From assembly GCA_965655095.1 (NCBI GenBank), contig OZ296648.1, positions 91,884,001 through 91,948,000 of the forward strand: 64,000 nucleotides of DNA. The letters run 5' to 3'. Position 1 is the first letter of the stretch, and every line of letters begins with the position of its first letter. Positions 12,901-24,623 of this stretch are shown here, one piece after another. The notes beneath the pieces were generated by a model that made no database searches, was not told where the DNA came from, and saw nothing but the letters and a program-made list of their open reading frames with translations. The position numbers were made by a program, and so were the translations under genes. The DNA is from Haplodiscus bocki. Taxonomy: Eukaryota.

Positions 12901-15039
12901 AGCAAACAATAGCTTACCCACCCCATCTGTCTGACGAGGGGTCTAAATACTAGTGTGAATCAGACAAAATAATGACCTGGAAAAAGTGGTCATTTTCGAG
13001 AGCATAGATTTCAAGATGTTGATCTTCCGAGACCGCTAATTATGTCTACGAGCATCTTTAGTGTTTTGATTGCTCTGGAAACCAGCAAACTGATGCCAAG
13101 TATTGTGTGTAATGTATATGTAGTCCAGATGTCAGTTCAGTTCTGAGAAAAACTGTCTCTTTCAGTCATTATAAATCTCTATTCTATATGCACTGTTAAG
13201 GTTTTGCCTGCAATTTTTTTTTCTGAGAAATCTGAATAGGCCATGATTTTTGAACGAGAGCTTAATTTTGTGAGAAAACGCGGAGATGTTAATACATAGG
13301 TCAAATATGCGTTATGAACTAGACTTTTGCTACTTTTTACGAGTCGTCCTGAATTTTCAGATTGCAGTCGAACATTTCATTCAACTATTTCAAGGCTCAA
13401 ATCTCGGTATTTCAATTTTGAAAGAGTGAAGTTGTATTCTAACTACACATAACTAGAATTGCTGAAATTGGCTGTTTCGTGTTCTTTCGATATCTTCGGT
13501 GCGAGTGTTTACAAAGCAGCTTTTCATCTCTGTCCAAAACTTGCATTTTCCCCGTCATCCGAAAATGTAGTGGTTAATCAGATGCTTTTTTAATGTAAAT
13601 TGGTTGAATTTGGATGGATGTTCGAATTCGTCTATTGTAAGCGTTGTCATGTATTTGATTGATGGAGAATGAATGATATCCCAAAATCTTCGAAACATAC
13701 GCTGGCGAATAACGGCCACATGATCAAAATATCATTATTTAAAAATAATAGAGATTATTGTTGATACCATGATCAGAGATGTGAATTGGGACCAGATGTG
13801 AATATTTTCTGCTCAAAAAAGTCAAAACGAGACAACTGACTGTCACAGCATCATAATTAAATGATATGCCGTTTTAGGAAGTTGAACTTCATTTTTAGTT
13901 CAATTTCTAAGATATTCGCACACTATTGAACGCTGAAACAAAAAAAAATGCTACCTCGAAAGATGTGCAAGAGAAAGACGGCTGAATTGGTGCAGTCCAG
14001 TGAAAAGTTTTGCGTGAGTTGGTGTAAATCTGAGATAACAGAGGTGCTGGCCCTGCTGCTTGGAAGTCTCTGCGCAACCGGCTCGAGCATTTCCGGTTGC
14101 AGCATGTGGTTGAAAAGTTGACCTACTTAAGGCAGAAAGTAAAAAAAAGGTATCGAAACTTTTGGGGGTGCTCCTTGTTTTGCTTCGAAGACTGGCTCCG
14201 TACAAAGTTTTCCTTGCTAACCTTTAATGAGGAGCAACTTCTCATTGTAGGGAGCTTCAAGTGCAAAGGGGTTCTCGTCCTGTTAGATAGAATTCTCTCA
14301 GGTAGAAGTGAAGCGTATCCTATCGTTTTCCCCTGCCTCCGAGCTAAAACTCACCAGCTTGCCTATAAGTACTACGTGAGTAGTTCAATTTTTCTGAAAA
14401 ATATCATTCCCAATCAAGACAGATGGTATAATATGCGTTAATTTTATTACTGCGAGTTCCGCCCAGTGAATTTATGCAGGCAATGGAAACAAGTAGGGTT
14501 AAAACACGATATCGTATTATGAGTCAAGAATCGCAATATGACTGACATTTGGGCTTTGGCCTCACTGCAGAAAAAGGATTTCATTTTGACAATCAATGCA
14601 CGACTGCTTTGACATGGCGTGCCTACAAAGTTGTATCTCGGACCTGATTAAGGGGAACAAACTCTTCTTACACAAGGATATCTGCGCGATTCTTCCTCTT
14701 GTGTGTGAAGGAACTAGACGCCTGGATAACTAGCGGAAATTTTTCGCCACCCAAATTAATTGACAATGGTTTACCAAAACAGGGGATAGTTCATGTTTGG
14801 CCCCGAACCCCAACAATTACAAGAAATTATTACAAAGAAAAATAAATTTACCTTTTTAATATCGAAGCTATTCAATGTTATAGGGAAACGCCTTGATGTT
14901 TTTTTCAGAAATCTTTTGGTTTATTGTAAAACGCGAAAACAGTGAAGCCAGGTGCGTCAGGTCGCTTACTCCAGCTGCAGTAGGTAGTTCCTTATATACT
15001 TGAATTCAGGTGCCTGTGAACTTCACACTCGATTATCCG

Positions 15040-15435
15040 CCATAATTTTTGCACTTGCGCATGCAAATCACAGGCTTGTGCGTTCTTTTCCGATCCGTTC
15101 ACAACTTGCAGAAGTTCCTAGATTTTGACCAACGAGATGACAGAGTGTTCTGGGCTCGAACCTAGGACGTTTCGCGCCGCAGTCTCATGCTCTACTGACT
15201 GTGCCATTGCCGCTTGAGAGTCAGTATTTCTTATTCCAAATATCAAGCGAATGAAATTAGCGTTTTGTACTTGAATATAAATGTCGAAGAATTAAGTGAG
15301 TTTCTGTACAGCTGTTATCAGTATTCGTAGAATCGTGGCCCCTTCAAAAATCAGTTGTATTTAGACGATTTGTTCTTTAGTTTTACTTTGGCGCTAGTAT
15401 TACGAAGCACAGCTTCACCTCTGTGTAAAATTGTA
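15040..15435 (+). repeat. Dispersed repeat family R2, copy with internal antisense tRNA-like module and terminal double hairpin
   Basis: Aligns by eye with 60945-61195 and 62057-62330. Minus strand 15140-15212 has A-box TGGCACAGTCAG and B-box GGTTCGAGCCC. End motif at 15390-15423. Confidence 0.75.
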
Positions 15436-16345
15436 GCTGTAGAATTGTAAAATTGAGTACGTAACTGAAGTAGATACATGTGTCGAAATTAAATTTAATA
15501 AGCTAGAAAAAGGCTGAGGAATTGAAAGTGTGTTTCATAAATTTTTCAATTGTTTGCATATAAACTTTGTATTGTGGAACCAACAATAATTTTTGCAAGA
15601 ACTTTGAATTTCACTGGGAGTGGAGACGTAAGCAAAGTATAGCCTCTTTTGGCTTGAGCACTGTCGTAAATTTTTGGTATACGCAAAAATATGGCGAAAT
15701 TTCCGCTTTTTTGAAGAAATTTCAAGTTTATGTAGGGGGCATGACGAATTTTGATAGCTCTGTTGTGGACATTAGGTCTTTTCAGCTTATATACCTTAAC
15801 AAGCGAACCTCTCTTTTATCTAACCAAAAAGTTATCGTTTCAGTTCGTAGTCGGTTGCTTCCGTGTGCATGCTAGCTAGTTGAATTTGCCACTTTCTGTG
15901 ACTGCTAAGCTGTTCAAATGTTGTTGTTTTGAAGTTTTGACAATTTATCCATTATATATTTGTCTTTTCAACCTTGTCCGTCGGGTTATTTGGAATTGGC
16001 CCTCCTTCTCTTTTTTTTGTGACTATGGTAATTTCTCAGCATTTGTTTTCGAAGTTTTATCGTTAGCTTATGAAGGCTGTTGTGCAGATAGTTGAAAAAT
16101 TGCTGACAAAAAAATGAATAAAATGAAATCCATCATCTGTCAGTTCATCGTCTTATTGTTCGAGCATCGCCAGGGACCTATTTCGAAACGGGTTGTTGGA
16201 AAACACTTCCTTTTTATATGCCTTCTGTTGTTTTGATTTCAAAATTTGAAACATATTCACCTATAGAAAAAATTGGCATGGAAGTTTTCTCAAAATCTGG
16301 AAAAGATGGCTATATTAGATAGCGTCTAGGGGCAAATTTGGTAGA

Positions 16346-18157
16346 ATTAAAGGAATTTTTGGCTCTTGCCATGATGAATCCAAGACGAATGCAGAAAATA
16401 TTCAAAAACTCGCTAACTTTACAGAAGCCTTAACAGAAGATGTTTTTAATTTACGAAACGGAGTAAACGATAACTTTTTATGGTTACGTCCGAACTTGCT
16501 GCAATTAAATCTGTTCAAACAAATGCTTGAAGTGCAAAACCGTAACTGGCACATCATTGAAGAGCATTTTAAAGTATTTCAAGACATTATTCACGTCTTA
16601 CGAGATTGTGATCAGTTACTTTTCTCCGCCAGCAGATCAGTTTCAATTATTACACTATTTCTTCATTGCTTGCTATTACTTTCGCAAATATAAAAAGTTA
16701 TCGAGGCGCCATTTACACGTACCGTATTAATATGATGAACTCAGTTCAACCGATTCTGAACCATTATTTACCAATGTCGCTTGTTCCTCGACAATCGCTC
16801 GTGAGCATTCTAGAGAATGTCGCAGCGGAACAAAGTCGCTCCAAGGATAGACGTTCTTTAGCAATTCCAATGGATGAAATAATATCTTATTATGAGTCGC
16901 GACTTTTAAGAGATGTCATTACTTTCGACCAAGGACTAGTAATGCGAATTGCCATTCCTTTGGCATCAAAACAAACTGCATTTACGGTTTTTCGTTCAAA
17001 TGCCTCAACTGGAACCGCACTTGGCCATCAAATGGAAATTAGAAGCGCCATATTTAGCAATGTCAGAAGATAACATGGAAACGGCCTATCTGTCAATACG
17101 ATCTTTCACCATGTATCGGATCATCGCGGTATCAAATATGCCTAGACATGATTGCCACAGAAACAGGACATGGATCTTGTTTAGCAACACTTTTCTGCAA
17201 AGGCATTGTAGAAGCGTTACAGATATGCGATACAGAACAAATTGCCCTTCCAGCGACGGAAAAAGCAGAAAACTTGGGATTTGGAGTTTAGCTTATAACG
17301 TCTGCAACCACTGCTTATACTCTATTTGAATCTGATATAGCCTCAACTACCTCATCGGGAATCATCAAATATCCTGGATGCCGCATTTGCATTATCACAC
17401 TGGAATGTGGAAAGCAGTTAGTAGGTCCACACATCGAAATTAGATCGGACCTGAGTACTTGCGAGCAGCTTCCGGCAATTAAAATTTAAGTCAAATTCCC
17501 AGATCCGTTGAAACAACTCTGGAGTGAACTTCCAGAAGCAGATGATATGCCTTACTTTTCGACAAAATCGGCAGCTGGAATTGCAATGCTGAAAGAAGTC
17601 CGTGAGCATTTAATTGACAGCCCTAAAATGCGAGACCCGGAAAAACTTTTGGAAGTAGCACGTCCGATAAGTTCAAAACTGACTCAACTGCGTCCGTCCC
17701 TCTCAAAAAAATTCGATTTTCTATCAAGAATTCCCTCTTAATGAGTCTGATATCATTTTTGGTATCAATGGTCCTTCGTATGTTTTTTGTCTGTATCTAT
17801 CATCGTTATGAACACAAACATCGCGAAACACCTTTATGGTGCGGTTTATTTTGTCCTAAAATTTCTCTTGTCCCTGGACGAGAAGAAAAAATCAAACGCA
17901 CAATTTCTCTGTCGACGTTGACAGATGAAAGAGAAACCACTTCGGACATTGCCTTAAATGCAGCAGGCCACGGTATGAAACGCACTGCCTCGGAAATTAG
18001 TATGGTAAGTTCAGGAAGCAACAAGTTCCCCGCAGTCAAGCATATTCAATGCCCTTCTTACGATACTGTTCAACAAGAAGGTGTCATTTACGTCCAAGCG
18101 CCTTCTCAAGCGAATGTCATGACAGCAATGGCTCCCCCGGGTCAGCATCCCGGATAA
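16346..18157 (+). pseudogene. Envelope (class I fusion, baculovirus-F/errantivirus env-like) gene of an LTR element; 5'-truncated and frameshifted
   Basis: Stitched frames give a heptad-repeat region (NAENIQKLANFTEALTEDVFNL...LAAIKSVQ..LEVQNRNW), then LPMSLVP..L..IL and IISYYESRLL...GLVMRIAIPL, a Cys-rich ectodomain (CIGSSRYQIC, SCLATLF, CRICIITLECG), a TM helix (MSLISFLVSMVLRMFFVCIY) and a cytoplasmic tail. Sits just upstream of a PPT and LTR. Confidence 0.75.
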
Positions 18158-18643
18158 AACAAACAACACTCATTTTTAAGCGGTCCGCTCCAATCCTTGG
18201 AAAAGGGAGCAGAATTATTTTTCCTTTTCTGTTCATTTGTTTAATCATGAATTTTTTCTTTTCTTTGATTGTTAAGCTGAAATCATTTTTTTCTCTCACT
18301 CAAACTGTAAGTGCATATTTATATTTATCAAATACATAAGACTCCTCTTTGGACTGGATGGCTGTGTGCTGGCAAAACGTTCAACATTTTATACTTCAGA
18401 TCTTCTTGGACATATTTCGGATTGAGAATCCTCAACTTCTCTGGATACTTCACACTTCAAATATATTGGAATACATAACTGGCTTTCTCTTTCTGGGACC
18501 CCCACACGGTTCTTGATTCTTTCAAATTTTGTTCATGGATGTACCCACACTACTATTGGCAAATGGTTCAACTTTCAATCTCCTGGGCACTCCTTCCTTC
18601 GCCTTCTCCAACATTGGGACATCTCCAGCGGAAGCGAAGTGAC

Positions 18644-18657
18644 AGAAAAGAGGGTAG
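18644..18657 (+). promoter_or_regulatory. Polypurine tract
   Basis: AGAAAAGAGGGTAG immediately before TGTCAC, downstream of the env-like gene. Confidence 0.7.
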
Positions 18658-18990
18658 TGTCACATTCCATGTTACGATGACAGCTGAAGCAAGAAGTTTA
18701 TCTCGGAAAGAGACCCAGGAACTTTATCCTAAGTAAAACTAACAACTTAATTGGGCGCCAGAGAGATGCCTGAGAAAGATAATAATGTCAAAAATCCTGT
18801 TAATTGATTATGATAAACTAATGAACTTTAAACCTTTGTATATAAATACGAGATAATCTTTAACTTTGGGGACAAAAAAAAATTGGATATTGAATAACAA
18901 AGTTGACTACTGAAACTCACCCTTTTTGGTTGAAACCGCTGAGAACTTCGTTGGAATCCACTCGGTGAACCCGCATCCAAAAAAAACAAA
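18658..18990 (+). mobile_element. 3' LTR of the env-bearing element (right end approximate)
   Basis: Starts with TGT directly after the PPT and contains a TATA box (TATATAAATA near 18839-18848). The right boundary is obscured next to the tandem duplication. Confidence 0.6.
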
Positions 18991-18996
18991 ATCTTA

Positions 18997-20216
18997 AAGT
19001 AGAATTCAATGGTTTAAAAGCGCTCTCGCCGCATGTGTGATTTGAAACTCTAAAATAAAACAAGAACGTTGCTAACGTTAGAGTATCAAAAACAAAATAT
19101 TCTTGGAACTTTTAGATTATAATGGTGTTTGTTTGATACATTTCCAAGGAATAGACCAAAAATTAGAAAATACGATTTTGGCCAAATTTTCCGTATTTTT
19201 GAGAATTTCGCAACTTTGAAAAATTAATTATGGAATTTTGCTACCTCAATAGATGTTTCTTTGATGTTTCCTTAACAGCTGATATCACCTGTCAAAATAA
19301 AAGTTTTCAAAACCTCTTCTAAAATCCATCTTGAATCTGCTAAGTTTGAAAATCAATGTATTAAAATAGGGTGTTGAATTTATATTTTTACTTTTTGGAA
19401 TTTCTTCTGAAAATTCAAAGTTGTGAAAAAGTTGTAAGAATAAAAGCTCTGGGGAATAACCAAAACTAACAAATTATGTAATTTGTTTATTGCTATCTTC
19501 CGTCCTTGTCAATATTTTTTACGAAAACTGCCAAAATTAGTCAATATTCACCATGCTTTCATAGTTTATTTACTAAACTTTGGGACGTGATTTACTACTC
19601 ATTTGAAGTAGAATTCAATGGTTTAAAAGCGCTCTCGCCTCATGTGTGATTTGAAACTCTAAAATAAAACAAGAAGTTGCTAACGTTAGAGTATCAAAAA
19701 CAAAATATTCTTGGAAATTTTAGATTATAATGGTGTTTGTTTGATACATTTCCAAGGAATAGACCAAAAATTAGAAAATACGATTTTGGCCAAATTTTCC
19801 GTATTTTTGAGAATTTCGCAACTTTGAAAAATTAATTATGGAATTTTGCTACCTCAATAGATGTTTCTTTGATGTTTCCTTAACAGCTGATATCACCTGT
19901 CAAAATAAAAGTTTTCAAAACCTCTTCTAAAATCCATCTTGAATCTGCTAAGTTTGAAAATCAATGTATTAAAATAGGGTGTTGAATTTATATTTTTACT
20001 TTTTGGAATTTCTTCTGAAAATTCAAAGTTGTGAAAAAGTTGTAAGAATAAAAGCTCTGGGGAATAACCAAAACTAACAAATTATGTAATTTGTTTATTG
20101 CTATCTTCCGTCCTTGTCAATATTTTTTACGAAAACTGCCAAAATTAGTCAATATTCACCATGCTTTCATAGTTTATTTACTAAACTTTGGGACGTGATT
20201 TACTACTCCTTTGAAG
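18997..20216. repeat. Near-identical tandem duplication, period about 609 bp
   Basis: The unit starting AAGTAGAATTCAATGGTTTAAAAGCGCTCTCG occurs at 18997 and 19606. I see only 3 substitutions and one 1-bp indel between copies. Confidence 0.95.
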
Positions 20217-23200
20217 CTTTTGAAGTACTTCTTTTTCAAATAAAATAACCAAGTGGTAGCCCTTTTAAGAGTAATTTTTCGAGTTTCTTGACAAGATCTT
20301 GCAAAGAAAGTGCGGCTGCTCTTCCTTTTCCCCAACAGGCATTTTTTTCGAATTTTCAATTTAATTTTCTTTATAATGGATTATTTTGGGCAATTTCATC
20401 AATAAACCTTGCAAAATGTTTTTGTTATTCATTCAAATTTCAATTTGACTACACATTTCATTCTAATTATTTTTTTTGCGAGGCCTCAATTATTTTTTCG
20501 ATATGTGTGTGCAATCAGTCGGTGTTTTAGGCGAGCGGAGCGAAGCCTGTTTAGACACCAACATTGTGGAGTCCCAAAGCAATACTTATTTTTCACGTTA
20601 CATTTTGCAGTCGAATTTTTTTGATAAAAGCGTAATATCTCACCGATTTACAAACGATTTTTACAGAAACGTTACTATAAGAAGACTCTAATCTACCACC
20701 AATTGAAAAACCTCAGAAACTTGAAAATCGAGGTATTTTTGGCTAGTTTGACTATACCTGGTCTTCTTCGTATATCGTTTCTTTTGGCATGTAAGGTTCA
20801 AAATCGCTTTGAACTTTGTACATCTTTAATTAGAAGAGTCCGTTTTATTTCATGCTGAAATTTGGTTTCGAAGCGTTTTCTGCCGACGGAACTTGTGAAT
20901 CTGTTTCACCATTTTTCGAAAGTTTGAAGTATTTTATCGTGGCACTTAGTTCCTCAAGCTACTTTAGTTATATAAAGTCATAACATAGCGGCTCCAATTT
21001 CTCTGATACTATCTTCGTCGCGATATTGATTTTTTTCGACAGGCTTCTTTGAAACGCATTTTGAAATTTTTAGATTTAAACGCCTTCTAAAGATTTTTAG
21101 ATCAATACTAAGCCTTATGTCCTCCAGGAAAATTGTGGAACGACCCGTATGTTGCGGAAGCGTAAAAGCGAGACTCCAATGGCCTAAATTTTACAGTTTG
21201 CTTGCAGACAGGAAGTTTTTCGATGGGTTTCTGTGCGACAGGAACCTAAAAATTGATTTATTGGACATTTTTTTGTCAAATTTAGTCATATTCAGAAAAG
21301 TATGTCTAAAAAGATCCAGATCTTTTGTTGGCATGACAAGGAGAGTCTAGTCCTGTAGATGAACAATTTTGACTGTGTTCAGAATCTTTTTCGATGGATT
21401 TTTTTTGAGAGGAACTTAAGTTGTTGCCAGTTTTTTTGGCTACTTTTCAACGTTTTCGCGTGGAATTTAAGTCCTATACCCCGAACGATATTTTTAAAGA
21501 ACGGATATATTGCACAGGCTTAAGAAAAGACTCCAATGGATTACCTTTAAAATCATGTTACAATTATTTGAAAGTCCGTAACTTTAATTAAGTCAAATCC
21601 TTGAACCACGACGTTTGAAAAATGATGGCTCAGTTTTCCTGATTTTTCTGAGGAGATCATACCGCGAGCTTAGCTTTAAGTCCTCAGTGCCAATGAGTAA
21701 GGCTGTCGCAATTCCTAGAGTGTGTTTTTTCAAAACGCACGAAAGCTGGATGGGAGTATTGGAGGAACCATACAAACCAACATAGTTGTAAAATTATACA
21801 AATTATACAGTATAAAAATTTTAAATTGGTGCTCAAAGAACACGTGGTCACAACTTGAATCCTTTTCCATTATGCTGCAAAACAGATTGAACGTGAAAGA
21901 GACCATTTTGTCATTGTGAAGGTCATTGGAAGTGTGAGTGGCCGGTACTGTTGAATTGGGGAAATCGCTCTCGTGTCTATTACGGGCTTCATCCGAGCAA
22001 AGGTGAGGGCATTCCTGGGCAGTGGGAGTGAATGGAATGGGAAAAATTCGATTTTCCCGTTTTGGGCACAGTAGTTCGATAGGCAAGAAGGCTCAGTAAA
22101 GGAAATGGAGAACAAAGGTAATGAAAAAAATTCAAAAATCTTGGTGTAAAAGTATGGCTATTTCCACCTTGTGGGAAAAGAGGTCACGTCACCACAAGAG
22201 TCTGGTAAAGGTTGAAGTTGTTGGTTTGACAACGGCGGATAGAAAGGATGTCCTAGGTGGAGGAACCGACGAAGTGGCATTTTTTTTCAATTCTACTTCC
22301 ATGTGGTATCTCGACAAGGTTGTCGTCATCCCCAAACTGTGGCATTGACAAGATTCAGTGAATTTTTTACATTGAGACTCCACAACTTCAGAGGGATTAG
22401 AAACGGCATGCTAAGTAGTGGTAGTGGTCGGCGAAATTAAGGTGGGGGTAAGGGGGCTTTGGTTTACAATCCTGGCCAGTTTCTCGGAAAGAGTCTGGCC
22501 ATTCGTGGGCTGTAAGATTGTAGGAAATCTCAAATTTTGTTAATGCATTCGGATTTATCCAACTTGGGTACAGGGGTTGGGGAACAAAGGCTCAGTATTG
22601 GAAATGGTCGGCGTCGTTAAACTGAGAGGAAACTTTCTATACTAATCCGGGATTGTACCTGGGTATGGGCCTGGCCATTCGCAAGCTGTGTGAACTGCTT
22701 GAGATTTTTGAGGGAAAAAAGTTCTGAGAAATGAAACGTCCCTCCAGGCACCCCTTTTTTTCATGAAGTAATCGTCCAAAAATTTTATGGTACTATCCGC
22801 CTTACTACCGCCTTGGACGGTTGTGATGATTTCTTCATTTGTCCTTTTTCATCGTGAACGAAAGTGCATATGAGTTTTTTCCGTGGGAAATCGGATATCG
22901 GATTTTGACAGACCGGTTTAGCGATAAATGAGTGACTTGCGACAGAAGCACAATTTAATCCAGTTCACTTCTACTTAGCTAGTGAATTGGCGACTCAATT
23001 TAAAGTGAGTCGACTTTTGAGGTGAGATGATAAGGAGTTTAATTCACTTTCAAGTATGAATTTTGCAATTATTTCCAAAAAAATTGTAAATTTTATTCGA
23101 AGATTTTCTCCTAAATGTTCGAAATTGCGTGATATTGGCGTTTCCCCATTTTTTGACTATGCTAATTGTTCAAAAGGGATGACCAGAATTCTCGATGTTT

Positions 23201-24207
23201 ATGCTTTTTTCGAACAATTGATGGTTTTTACTTGTCTTCAACAAAGTGCATTGGCAACCTAATTAGGTCGCCGAAGCAGTTAGTAAAAGTATTTTTATTT
23301 TTTGATTCCGAAAAGATATCAAAAAAGTTCCTAACAGAGGTGTGGTTTTCCTTAGCGTCCATTCGTCTAGTCGAACTCATTTTTACATGTCTCTCATTTT
23401 TTTGAGATGTAAATTGAAGATTTTGGCAGATTTTCGAATTTTTTTAGCCATTAAGTGAAACCTACTGACTATAGATTTGACACTTTTTTTTTCGCAAACG
23501 CGGATTCCATTTTTTCTCAATACTAAATTTTTACCGCTGAATGCCTAACATCCTTGATATATGTATGTTACTTTCGTTCGATTTGATTATGACTTCTATC
23601 GTTTAAAGAAACTATCTGATTAACAGAACAGATGTTGGCGTTTTGTTTGATTGGCACGAGCAAGTAATCCCAAAAGGAAACGTAATCACTACAGACTTCT
23701 TTCAGTTGAGTGATAATATGGGATTGTTTTGATAGTTTTATTAGATGAAAATATTGTGTTTTTGGAGGCAAAACTTTGAATGGTAGTATGTAATATGAGA
23801 TGTACCCCTACTGTTCTTATTTTCACGAGAGGATTGCTGAAGCTCAAGAAGGCGCTTGTACTTAGAAATGGTTTCGAAATTATACCGATCCGTCAAGTTT
23901 GTTCCTGGTTATTTCCAATTATCTCGCAACGTGTTCAGTGCCGAACAATGTTGCAATGGTCTTCAACTTTTATCATTTGACCCCTTTGGAGAAACTGAGA
24001 AGTTGTAAATCTAATATTTCGTCTAGCTTAATTTCTTCTTGGCTAAGTACCCTCTGTTCACTTGGTGTAAAAAGTGATGATGCAGATAAAAATTGGATAG
24101 ATATTTGAAACAGCCGGTGTTGATGGGCGGACTTGATTGAGAGAAAGTGAACAGATTCACATTTAGAACAATAATATATAAATAAACTCAAATGTGAAGG
24201 TTACACC

Positions 24208-24623
24208 TAGAGCCGTCCACAGTTAATTTTTTCTTAACCGGTTTACCTTTGAAAAAATAGCTGGTTAATCGGTTAACCTGAAAGGTCCTGTAAAAGAGGA
24301 AAAAATACTAATTTGAAGACATACTCTTTCAATTTCGGGAAAAAGAGATACTCTTTCAATTTCGGGAAATAGAGATGTCACAATTCAAAAAAATACTGTA
24401 GTCGCTAAATTTATGAACGAAAGAACAGATTCACATACAAAATACGTTTCCAAAACAGCTGATTATGCTGTGCGAACTATGTGAAGTTTCAAGAGTCTCC
24501 AAGTGTTGCCTCCCAAACCTCGAAAACAGCAGATTATAAAACATTATAGATTGTTTCATTTCGTCGGTTACAAGTTTGGTAACAGGTTGAAATTTTTTGA
24601 CCGGTTAACCTTTGAACCGCTGA
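24208..24623. mobile_element. Possible MITE with GGTTAACC-type subterminal repeats
   Basis: Clusters of AACCGGTT/GGTTAACC motifs at both ends, imperfect terminal inverted similarity, and an internal 27-nt tandem duplication at 24321-24374. Confidence 0.4.

Noticed and set aside
15140-15212. tRNA gene on the minus strand
   Set aside because: A and B boxes are present, but the acceptor stem does not pair and the sequence belongs to repeat family R2.
18753-18761. Second PBS-like TGGGCGCCA
   Set aside because: Lies inside the putative 3' LTR in the wrong orientation, and the match is shorter.
18997-20216. Pair of LTRs or a CRISPR-like array
   Set aside because: The copies are directly adjacent, with no TG...CA ends, no internal region and no spacers.
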